A DNA stretch of 24,278 nucleotides. Source: Trueperaceae bacterium (lineage in GTDB: Bacteria > Deinococcota > Deinococci > Deinococcales > Trueperaceae). Both the position numbers and the translations under genes were made by a program. Position 1 is the first letter of the stretch. Each line of letters begins with the position of its first letter. Below are positions 16,910 through 24,278 of the stretch, piece by piece. The notes under the pieces are model-generated. The model was not told the DNA's origin. It worked only from the letters and a program-made list of their open reading frames with translations, and searched no databases. The stretch covers positions 1 through 24,278 of the forward strand of contig JBBDSD010000338.1 of NCBI GenBank assembly GCA_040905065.1. The letters are read 5' to 3'.

Positions 16910-17983
16910 ATGAACACGCCCAAACGACCTCCGCGTTTCGCGCGGACCATTGCCACGACCGTCATTTCGCTCGGACTCGCGACCGGTCTCGCGCACGGGG
17001 ACGGCCCCACGAGCAATCCGACCGTCTGGGTCGCCAACGGACGCGACGCCACGGTGTCCGTCATCGACCGAGTCGACGGCGAGACGCTCGCGCGCCTGCC
17101 GAGCGGCGGAAATCCGCACGTCCTGGGACTGAGCCCGGATGGATCCACCATGTACGTCGTCAACGCCGGCGGGCACGACCTGCCGGACGACGACCAGGCG
17201 GCCCACGCAGGCGAACCGGACGCCTCGCCCCTCGCTACCAACAGCCTGTGGGCGCTCGACACCTCGTCCGGCGACGTGGTGGGGCGCGTCGCGGTCGGAA
17301 CGGGTCCAACGCACCCCGTCCCCAGCCCGGACGGCACCCGCGTCTACGTCACCAATACGGATGAGGACTCGATCTCGATCGTGGACACCCGTTCATGGAC
17401 CGTCATCGACACGGTGACGGGCGTGCTCGAACCCCACGACGCGGCCATCACGGCGGACGGGACGCGCCTCCTGATCGCCGCTGCGGGACAGAACGAAGTG
17501 CTCGTCTTGAATACGGAAACGCTCGCGATCGTCGAGCGTTTCGCGGTCGGCAACAAGGTTCGTGGCCTGATCCTGGATCATGACGATGCCGTGGCCTACG
17601 CGACGAACAAGGCGGACGGGACCGTGAGTCGCATCGACCTCGCCTCGGGCGACGTGCAGACGTTCCCGGTCGGGGCGGGACCGCACGGCCTGCGGCTCGC
17701 GCCCGACGGGTCTCGCCTGTACGTCGCCCTCAGCGGCGCGAACGCCGTCGCCTACGTAGGTCCCGCAAGCGGTGACGTCGACCGAACCGTTCCCGTCGGC
17801 GCATCGCCCGAGCAGCTCGACATCAGCCCGGACGGGGCATGGCTCGCGGTGGCGAACGCCGCTGACGAAACCGTCACCCTCGTGAACGTCGAACGCGCCG
17901 CGCCGATCCGCACCAGTTCGACCGGCCCTGGCACCTTCGGCGTCGCGTTCTCCAACGCACCCCTGGACGCCCCGGCGCCCTGA
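16910..17983 (+). CDS. Secreted YVTN/YncE-type beta-propeller
   Basis: Signal peptide (GLAHG/D); repeated blades VWVAN, MYVVN, VYVTN, AYATN, LYVAL, LAVAN with SPDG turns; GAGGA SD before ATG 16910. Confidence 0.88.
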   Translation: MNTPKRPPRFARTIATTVISLGLATGLAHGDGPTSNPTVWVANGRDATVSVIDRVDGETLARLPSGGNPHVLGLSPDGSTMYVVNAGGHDLPDDDQAAHAGEPDASPLATNSLWALDTSSGDVVGRVAVGTGPTHPVPSPDGTRVYVTNTDEDSISIVDTRSWTVIDTVTGVLEPHDAAITADGTRLLIAAAGQNEVLVLNTETLAIVERFAVGNKVRGLILDHDDAVAYATNKADGTVSRIDLASGDVQTFPVGAGPHGLRLAPDGSRLYVALSGANAVAYVGPASGDVDRTVPVGASPEQLDISPDGAWLAVANAADETVTLVNVERAAPIRTSSTGPGTFGVAFSNAPLDAPAP

Positions 17984-17999
17984 CGCCATGACGGCGGAA

Positions 18000-18039
18000 A
18001 CCGGTCGGGGCTGCCGTCCACTCGGCGACCCCGACCGGT
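18000..18039 (+). terminator. Strong intergenic hairpin (terminator or mRNA stabiliser)
   Basis: 11-bp perfect stem ACCGGTCGGGG/CCCCGACCGGT plus inner GCCG/CGGC; only a weak U tail (CTTC). Confidence 0.45.
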
Positions 18040-18048
18040 CTTCGCAGG

Positions 18049-18795
18049 ATGCAACCCATGCCCACGCCTGACCGAAATCCCCTATCGCAATCCCACGTGA
18101 CGAAGATCTACGATCGGAATGCACCCTTCTACGACGTCATGGAAGCGCCGATGGAATGGATGGCGCTCCGCCCTTGGCGTCACGATCTCGTGTCCGGCGT
18201 GTCCGGTCGTGTTCTCGAGCTCGGCGTCGGCACCGGTCGGAACCTCGCGCTATATCCCACCGACGTGAGCCTGACGGCCGTGGACATCGCACCACGGATG
18301 CTGAAGAGGGCGCGCGCCCGCGCACGGCAGCTCTGGATCGACGCGACGTTCGTGCAAGCGGACATGCGCGACCTCCCGTTCGAGACGGCGTCGTTCGACA
18401 CCGTCGTGACGAGTTGCGTGTTCTGCTCTGTCGCCGAGCCAGGCGCGGGCCTCGCCGAGGCTCGGCGCGTGCTCAAGCCGGGAGGCCACCTCCGCATGCT
18501 CGAGCATCAGCGTCCCGAGCCGCCCGCGCTGGCGTGGGTATTCGATCGGCTGAACCCGCTCGCCGTTCGCATGAGCGGCGCCAACGTGAACCGCGAGACG
18601 CAACGGATGGTCGAAGACGCCGGTGTCTCTTCCGTGAACGCGCGCAGGCTGGATCGCCTCGGCATTCTCCGCCTGTTCGACGCGTGCGACGCTTGCGAGC
18701 CGGAGGCCGGCACGGAGGAGGCCGATGCGAAGGTCGACGCGATCGACACGGCTGGCGCACCGCCTGCAGGCACTCAGCGCGACAGCAGGCGCTGA
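18049..18795 (+). CDS. Class I SAM-dependent methyltransferase
   Basis: Motif I VLELGVGTGRN, ADMRDLPFETASFDTVV, EARRVLKPGG, LEH. Confidence 0.9.
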   Translation: MQPMPTPDRNPLSQSHVTKIYDRNAPFYDVMEAPMEWMALRPWRHDLVSGVSGRVLELGVGTGRNLALYPTDVSLTAVDIAPRMLKRARARARQLWIDATFVQADMRDLPFETASFDTVVTSCVFCSVAEPGAGLAEARRVLKPGGHLRMLEHQRPEPPALAWVFDRLNPLAVRMSGANVNRETQRMVEDAGVSSVNARRLDRLGILRLFDACDACEPEAGTEEADAKVDAIDTAGAPPAGTQRDSRR

Positions 18796-19070
18796 ACCTC
18801 GTCCTCCATGACGGCGCGGCTGAGCTCGCCCACGCGAACCTTACGAACGATGCCGCGCGGATCGATGAACACCGTGGTCGGTAGGCCGACGCCTCCCACA
18901 CGCTGGAGGAGCTCGTCGGTTCGATCCGCCGACTCGCCGCGCGGCGAGTCCAGCCAGATCGGATAGCTCACCGGGGTGGACTCGAGGAATCGCCGAACGA
19001 CGTAAGGCCCTTCTCCCACGTCCACGCCGACGATGGCCACGTCATGGTCGAGATGCGCCCTATACGTAGC
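18774..19070 (-). pseudogene. 5'-truncated TlpA/ResA thioredoxin-like protein
   Basis: VAIVGVDVGE...FLESTPVSYPIWLD...GGVGLPTTVFIDPRGIVRKVRVGELS; no WCxxC; sequence above ~19070 is the antisense of livM. Confidence 0.8.
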
Positions 19071-19073
19071 GTT

Positions 19074-19732
19074 TTCATGGAGGTGCTGCGCTCGGTGGTG
19101 CGCCACCTCCCGACCGAGATCGCCGGCGGCACTGCGGGCATCAACGTTCCCCCCTGTTCCGCCCGGAGTTCGTGCCCGGCGAGATGGAGCGTTGGGAGAT
19201 CGCCTTCCTCCGCAACGAGGGCTACTTCCTGCTGTACGCCGGGCTGCTGCTGACGACCGTGCTGATCAGCATGGTGCTGCGCAAGAGCCGCACGAACCAG
19301 GCGTTCACCGCCGTCCGCACCAATCAGGAGGTCGCCGCCGTGATGGGCGTGCGTCCGGCTCGCATGAAGCTGCTGGCGTTCATGCTTTCCAGCCTGATGG
19401 TGGGCATGCTGGGCGCCGTGCACGCGCACCGGATCGGCTCGGTGATCCCGGAAGGGAGCTTCTCGGTGGCCACCACCGTGTTCGCGCTGGTCACGCCGAT
19501 CTTCGGTGGGCTGTACATCACGCTCGGTCCGGTCCTCGGCGCCGGACTGCTGACCGGCCTCGAGGAGGTCCTCAAGCGCAACGTGAGCGACGGCTACCTG
19601 ATCGGCTACGGGCTGGTGCTGGTGGCCTCGATCCTGTTCATGCCGCGTGGCGTGGTCGGGGTGGCCCGAGGATTCGCGCGCCGCCGGCGCAGCGCTCGCC
19701 AAGCCGAGCACCGCGAGGGAGGTCGCTCGTGA
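19074..19732 (+). pseudogene. livM: Branched-chain amino-acid ABC permease, 5'-truncated and frameshifted
   Basis: FMEVLRSVV...GGTAGINVP, shift in the C6 run at 19149-19154, then AFTAVRTNQEVAAVMGVRPARMKLLAF, GPVLGA, LFMPRGVVG; N-terminal half absent. Confidence 0.85.
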
Positions 19733-20502
19733 GCACGGTTCCACTGGTGCAGGTCGAGGGGCTGGGCAAGAACTTCGGCGGACTGGCCGCGGTCGCCGAT
19801 CTCGGCTTCGAGGTGCACCAGGGCGAGATCTTCGCCATCATCGGCCCGAACGGCGCGGGCAAGACCACCACCCTGAACCTGCTCTCCGGCCTGCTCCGCC
19901 CCAGCACCGGCACCATCCGCCTGGCCGGGCGCGAGATCCAAGCGCTGCCCAGCTTCGAACGGACCCACCTGGGCTTGGGCCGCGCCTTCCAGGTGGTGCA
20001 GCTGTTCCCGGAGATGACGGTGCGCGAGATCGTGCTGGTCGGTGCCCTCTTCGGGACGCCCGGCATCGCGCGGCGCGACGCCGAACGCCGGGCCGATCGC
20101 GCCATCCAGCAGGTCGGCCTGTCCGACTGGACCGAGCACCCCGCCGAGGACCTGACCCTGATGCAGGAGAAGCGGCTCGAGATCGCCCGCGCCCTGGCGA
20201 CCGAACCGACGGTGCTGATGCTGGACGAGGTGATGGCCGGCCTGCGCCCCGCCGAAGCGCGCGAGGCGATCGCGTTGGTCCGCAGCGTGCGCGACGCGGG
20301 CGTGACGGTGGTGTTCATCGAGCACGTCATGCCGGTGGTCCGGGATCTGGCCGACCGGGTGCTGGTGATGGACCACGGCCGCTTCCTGGCCCAGGGCGAT
20401 TACGCCACCGTCACGCACGACCCCGCCGTGATTCAGGCCTACCTGGGCGACCCGACCGATACGCCCGCGACTCCCCCGCCCGCAGGAGGCGACGCCCGAT
20501 GA
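19729..20502 (+). CDS. livG: Branched-chain amino-acid ABC ATPase (LivG-type)
   Basis: FGGLAAV, Walker A GPNGAGKTT, LEIARALA, LMLDEVMAGL, FIEH, C-terminal DPAVIQAYLG; GTGA overlap with livM. Confidence 0.92.
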   Translation: MSTVPLVQVEGLGKNFGGLAAVADLGFEVHQGEIFAIIGPNGAGKTTTLNLLSGLLRPSTGTIRLAGREIQALPSFERTHLGLGRAFQVVQLFPEMTVREIVLVGALFGTPGIARRDAERRADRAIQQVGLSDWTEHPAEDLTLMQEKRLEIARALATEPTVLMLDEVMAGLRPAEAREAIALVRSVRDAGVTVVFIEHVMPVVRDLADRVLVMDHGRFLAQGDYATVTHDPAVIQAYLGDPTDTPATPPPAGGDAR

Positions 20503-21218
20503 GCATCCCCGCGCTGCACGCCGAAGGCCTCTGCGCCGGCTACGGCAAGATCCAGGTCCTCTGGTCGGTCGACCTGACCGTCGAGGAGGGCAGCTTCACC
20601 ACCGTGATCGGCGCCAACGGCGCCGGCAAGACCACCCTCCTGAAGACGCTGTCCGGCCTGATCCCCACCCGCTCCGGGCGCGCCACCGCCTTCGGTCGGC
20701 CCCTGACCGGCGTCAGCGCCGCGCGCATCGTACGGCAGGGAATCGGCCACGTGCCCGAAGGACGCCAGCTGTTCCCGCTGATGACGGTGCGCGAGAACCT
20801 GGACGCCGGCGCCGACTACCTACCGGACGCGCGGCCGCACGCCGACGCCACGCGGCGCTGGGTGTACGTACTGTTCCCGCGCCTGCAGGAGCGCGAACGC
20901 CAACGGGCCGGCACGCTGTCGGGCGGCGAGCGGCAGATGGTCGCCATCGGCCGCGCCCTGATGAGCCGCCCCAGGCTGCTGCTGGTCGACGAACCCAGCC
21001 TGGGCCTCGCTCCGGCGCTGGTGACCACCGTCTTCCGCGCGCTGGATCAGGTGCGCAGCGAAGGCGTCACCGTCGTGCTGGTGGAACAGAACGTGCAGCA
21101 GTCGCTGCGCCTAGCCGATCACGCCATCGTGCTCGAGAACGGCTAGGTCCGCATGCGCGGAAGCGGCGACGAGCTGCTGCACGATCCGGCCGTGCAGGAG
21201 GCGTACCTGTCGCTGTGA
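20499..21218 (+). pseudogene. livF: Branched-chain amino-acid ABC ATPase (LivF-type) with premature TAG at 21144-21146
   Basis: GANGAGKTT, HVPEGRQLFP, LFPRLQER, LSGGERQM, DEPSLGLAP, VEQN; the frame continues past TAG as VRMRGSGDELLHDPAVQEAYLSL*. Confidence 0.9.
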
Positions 21219-21285
21219 GGCGACCGGCGCGCGTCCGCGCCCGGGCGCGACCTGCGCGCCCGCGACCGGCTGCTACCCTCCGCGC

Positions 21286-22182
21286 ATGCCCCCCGACGAC
21301 GCCCGCCTGCCGGACGCCTTCCGCCTGGACCGCGTCGACCTGACGGTCGCCGATCTGGACCGGTCGTTGGCGTTCTACGGCGGCGTCCTCGGCCTGCGGG
21401 CCGTGCCCGGACCGGACGGCGCGGACGACCGCGGCGACGCGCCCCGCTCGGTCCTGCTGGGCGCCGGGGACCGCGGCATCGTGCACCTGAGCGAACGTCC
21501 CGGCGTGCGGCCCGCACCGCAGACCGCGACCGGCCTGTACCACCTCGCGATCCTGGTGCCGGACCGGGCGACCTTGGCCGACGCCGTGCTGCGCATCGCA
21601 CGCGAACGCACCCCCGTCGTGGGCGCCGCCGATCACGCCGTGAGCGAGGCGCTCTACCTGCACGATCCGGACGGGCACGGCGTCGAGCTGTACGCCGATC
21701 GGCCGCGCGAACGCTGGAGCTGGCGCGAAGGTCGCGTGGTGCTGACCACCGAGGCGCTGGACGTGGACGGCCTGATCGCCGAGGCGCGCAACGATGGCAG
21801 CGATCCGTTCGTGGCGCCCGCCGGCACCACGCTCGGGCACGTCCACCTGCGCGTGCGCGACGCGGAGGAGGCGGGTGCCTTCTACGCCCGCACCGTCGGC
21901 TTCGACGAGGTCGCCGCGCTTCCCGGCGCCAGCTTCCTCTCCGTGGCCGGCTACCACCACCACCTGGGTGCCAACGCCTGGGGGAGCCAGGGCGGCCGTT
22001 CCGCACCGGACGACGCCGCCCGCCTGCTGGCGGTCCGCGCCGACCTTCCGGACGCGGCGTCCCTCCAGGCGTTGCAGCGCCGCCTGGAACGGGACGGCGT
22101 TCCCCTCCGGTCCACCGACCGGTCGACCGTCCGCTTCGACGACCCCAGCGGCGTACCGTGGATCGTGCAGGCCCGCTCCTGA
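21286..22182 (+). CDS. Two-domain VOC family protein (CatE/catechol 2,3-dioxygenase-like glyoxalase)
   Basis: GLYHLAILVP, DHAVSEALYLHDPDGHGVELYADRP, GHVHLRV, GYHHHLGANAW; TGc-TACCCT 6 nt upstream of the ATG. Confidence 0.9.
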   Translation: MPPDDARLPDAFRLDRVDLTVADLDRSLAFYGGVLGLRAVPGPDGADDRGDAPRSVLLGAGDRGIVHLSERPGVRPAPQTATGLYHLAILVPDRATLADAVLRIARERTPVVGAADHAVSEALYLHDPDGHGVELYADRPRERWSWREGRVVLTTEALDVDGLIAEARNDGSDPFVAPAGTTLGHVHLRVRDAEEAGAFYARTVGFDEVAALPGASFLSVAGYHHHLGANAWGSQGGRSAPDDAARLLAVRADLPDAASLQALQRRLERDGVPLRSTDRSTVRFDDPSGVPWIVQARS

Positions 22183-23261
22183 ACCGCCCGACGCAACGGG
22201 ACCACGCCGACCACGAGCCGGCGCCCCTGGACGGCACCGCCTCGCTTGCCGAGCTCATCCCCCGCCTGGCCGAGCGACTGACTCGCAGGGGCTTCGCCGA
22301 AGCGATCGTCGAGGATCCCGACCGCAGACCGGACGCCTGGGCCGGCGAGCCGGACGCGCACGGCGTGCCGCACCGCGACCTGCGAGCCTGGGTGGACCTG
22401 GCCGAACTGCTGGGCGCGCGCCTGGCGACGCCGCGCCCCGGCCCCCGTCCCGGCACGCTCCGGCTCCTCTTCACGGCGGCGGGGGGCGAAGCGTCGTTCC
22501 ACGCTGCGAAGCGACCGCAGGCAGAACCCCACGCAGCGCCCTGCACAGCACCGAACGCGACCACCACGACGCCGGACGGGTCGCCCCCGCACGCTGGCGA
22601 CGCCCGCTACGCCGCCGACGCCGACTTCGCCCGGCTCCGCAAGCACGAGCACCCGGCGTTCCTGCTTCCGCTCGCCGAGGCGATCGCGTTCGCTGCGGGA
22701 CGCGACCGGCCGGAGCCCGCCTGGGCGCCGTGGCCCGAAGACGGCCCGCCTCCCGCCCCACCGGCGCGGACCCTGCTGCTGGGGTGCCACCGGGCCGACG
22801 AACTGCACGCCCTGCGCTTCGCGATTCCGGACCTGGACCTGGCGACCGTCACCGGCGTCGATCGCGACCGGTCGGCGCTGGCCGACGCGGCCCGCCACTG
22901 GTCGCACGCCCGCTTCGTGCCCGGCGACGCGGCCGCGCTACCGGCGGCGTTGGGTCGCTTCGACCTGATCGTGACGATCGGCCTGCTGCAGAGCCCCGGC
23001 CTGGACGCCCGCGCGGCGCTGCGTGCTTGGCTGCGCCACCACGCGACGGAGGCCGGCGGCCTGGTGCTGGGCCTGCCGAACGGTCGCTTCGTGGGGGGCC
23101 GGCCGGTGCGGGGCGCCCGCACCCGCAACGCGCGTCAGACCGACCTATCGCTGCTGGTGCGCGACCTGGCCGGGCACCGCCGCTACCTGCAGCAGCACCG
23201 CTACCGTTGCCGCATCGGCGGCCGCGACGAGCTGCTGTTGGCGGCACGGCGCGAGGCCTGA
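22158..23261 (+). CDS. Putative class I SAM-dependent methyltransferase with N-terminal extension
   Basis: Degenerate motif I (LLLGCHRADE), VTGVDRDRSAL, FVPGDAAAL, RFDLIVTIGLLQS, GGLVLGLPN; start uncertain. Confidence 0.6.
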   Translation: MDRAGPLLNRPTQRDHADHEPAPLDGTASLAELIPRLAERLTRRGFAEAIVEDPDRRPDAWAGEPDAHGVPHRDLRAWVDLAELLGARLATPRPGPRPGTLRLLFTAAGGEASFHAAKRPQAEPHAAPCTAPNATTTTPDGSPPHAGDARYAADADFARLRKHEHPAFLLPLAEAIAFAAGRDRPEPAWAPWPEDGPPPAPPARTLLLGCHRADELHALRFAIPDLDLATVTGVDRDRSALADAARHWSHARFVPGDAAALPAALGRFDLIVTIGLLQSPGLDARAALRAWLRHHATEAGGLVLGLPNGRFVGGRPVRGARTRNARQTDLSLLVRDLAGHRRYLQQHRYRCRIGGRDELLLAARREA

Positions 23262-23265
23262 GCCC

Positions 23266-23320
23266 GCACGGGCCGAACGGGCTGCACGGCGCCGGATCGC
23301 ACGGCGCGGAATCGCACGGC
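23266..23320 (+). repeat. Short tandem repeat with GCACGGC core, 15-nt period, between convergent genes
   Basis: GCACGGC at 23284, 23299 and 23314; GCACGGG at 23266. Confidence 0.6.
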
Positions 23321-23356
23321 CCGCCCAACTCGCTGCGGGCCGCACCGTCGCGCCCC

Positions 23357-24278
23357 TCACACCCCGTACGGCACCCACACGTTCTTGACGCGGTGCGCAC
23401 GGCGCAGCCAGGCTTCGCCCTGCGCCTGGGCGGGGTCGAACCAGTCGATCCGGCGTCCCAGGTTGGTCCAGGTCGGTTTCAGGTTCCCGGCGGAGAGGCG
23501 CTCGACCTCGCCGGCGCCCTCGCGGCTGCCGACGTACCAGAGCGCCTGCACGTCGTCGTGCGCGGCGAGGACGCGGGCCAGCGGATCGCGTGCGCCGGTG
23601 ATCAGGTTCAGCGCGCCACCCGGCAGGTCGCTGGTGTCCAACAGCTGGTACAGGTCGGTCGCGGCCAGCGGCCAGCGCGGCGAGGGGATCGCTACCACCC
23701 GGTTGCCCAGCGCCAGCAGCGGGGCGGTGAGCGACACCAAGCCCAGCAGCGGGGCCTCGTCCGGGCAGGCCACGCCGACCACGCCCCACGGTTCCTTCAT
23801 CGCGAGCGTCACCGCGCGCATCGGCACGGCGTGCACGTCGCCGTCCAGCTTGTCGGCCCAGGCGGCGTAGCCGAACAGCCGCTCGACGGAGAGCCGTACC
23901 TCGTCGCGGGCCTTGGCGCCGCTGGTGCCGGTCAGCGCGCGAATGCGGGCGGCGAAGGCGTCCTCGCGCGCGGCCAGGTTCTCCGCCAGGTAGTACAGCA
24001 CCTGCGCCCGCAGGTGCGCCGTGGCGCCGGCCCAGCCGGACTGGGCGTGGGCCGCAGAGACCGCGTCGCGAACGTCCTTGCGGTTGCCCAGGCCGGCCTC
24101 GCCCAGCTGCGTCCCGTCGGCAGCGAGGACCGGGTAGACGTAGTTCCCGTCCGGACGCTTCTGCTTACCGCCGACGTACAGCTTGGGCGTGCGGTCCACC
24201 GGCGGTCCCGCGTCGGCGTCGGCGCCGCGTCCGGGACCCACGTCCGCGACGGGGTCGGGCGCGACATCGCCGTCGCCG
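23357..24278 (-). CDS. Aldehyde dehydrogenase family protein, C-terminal part (long ALDH16-like type); 5' end outside the window
   Basis: DRTPKLYVGGKQKRPD, RAQVLYYLAENL, YAAWADK, EPWGVVGV, LPGGALNLITG, KNVWVPYG; frame open to the window edge. Confidence 0.9.
   Translation of the reverse strand, partial: GDGDVAPDPVADVGPGRGADADAGPPVDRTPKLYVGGKQKRPDGNYVYPVLAADGTQLGEAGLGNRKDVRDAVSAAHAQSGWAGATAHLRAQVLYYLAENLAAREDAFAARIRALTGTSGAKARDEVRLSVERLFGYAAWADKLDGDVHAVPMRAVTLAMKEPWGVVGVACPDEAPLLGLVSLTAPLLALGNRVVAIPSPRWPLAATDLYQLLDTSDLPGGALNLITGARDPLARVLAAHDDVQALWYVGSREGAGEVERLSAGNLKPTWTNLGRRIDWFDPAQAQGEAWLRRAHRVKNVWVPYGV

Noticed and set aside
6402-19084. ACGGAGGT/ATGGAGGT as direct repeats bounding the island
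   Set aside because: Short, imperfect, expected by chance; no integrase or tRNA target
14658-21146. Two in-frame TAG codons (IS5 transposase, livF) suggesting amber recoding
   Set aside because: Both lie in genes with other lesions; intact genes such as the kinase use TAG as a true stop; no pyl machinery seen

Overview
High-GC bacterial chromosome segment, probably Deinococcota. This is inferred from Thermus-like CsoR/CopZ sequences and from TAnnnT boxes 5-8 nt upstream of start codons. The backbone carries a TSUP exporter, a GNAT acetyltransferase, tdh-kbl, an HpcH/HpaI aldolase and yceH on the left. On the right it carries a 5'-truncated, decaying liv ABC operon, a VOC/CatE-like enzyme, a methyltransferase-like gene and an aldehyde dehydrogenase that runs off the window. 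Between them (~6400-19070) is a ~12.7 kb copper-resistance island. Its canonical genes are damaged: copZ is truncated, csoR and copA are frameshifted, and a probable copB survives as a short remnant. It also holds relics of IS1595 and IS1634 and a full-length but inactivated IS5 element with TIRs and a TGA target duplication. An OmpR/BaeS-type two-component pair, a cytochrome c and an uncharacterised operon (SHOCT protein, Met/Gly-rich secreted protein, His-lined beta-propeller, SAM methyltransferase) remain open reading frames. The operon sits behind CsoR-type and putative response-regulator boxes. A GC-poorer, potentially structured non-coding element lies at ~1200-1450. All family assignments come from motif recognition by eye; no database search was run.
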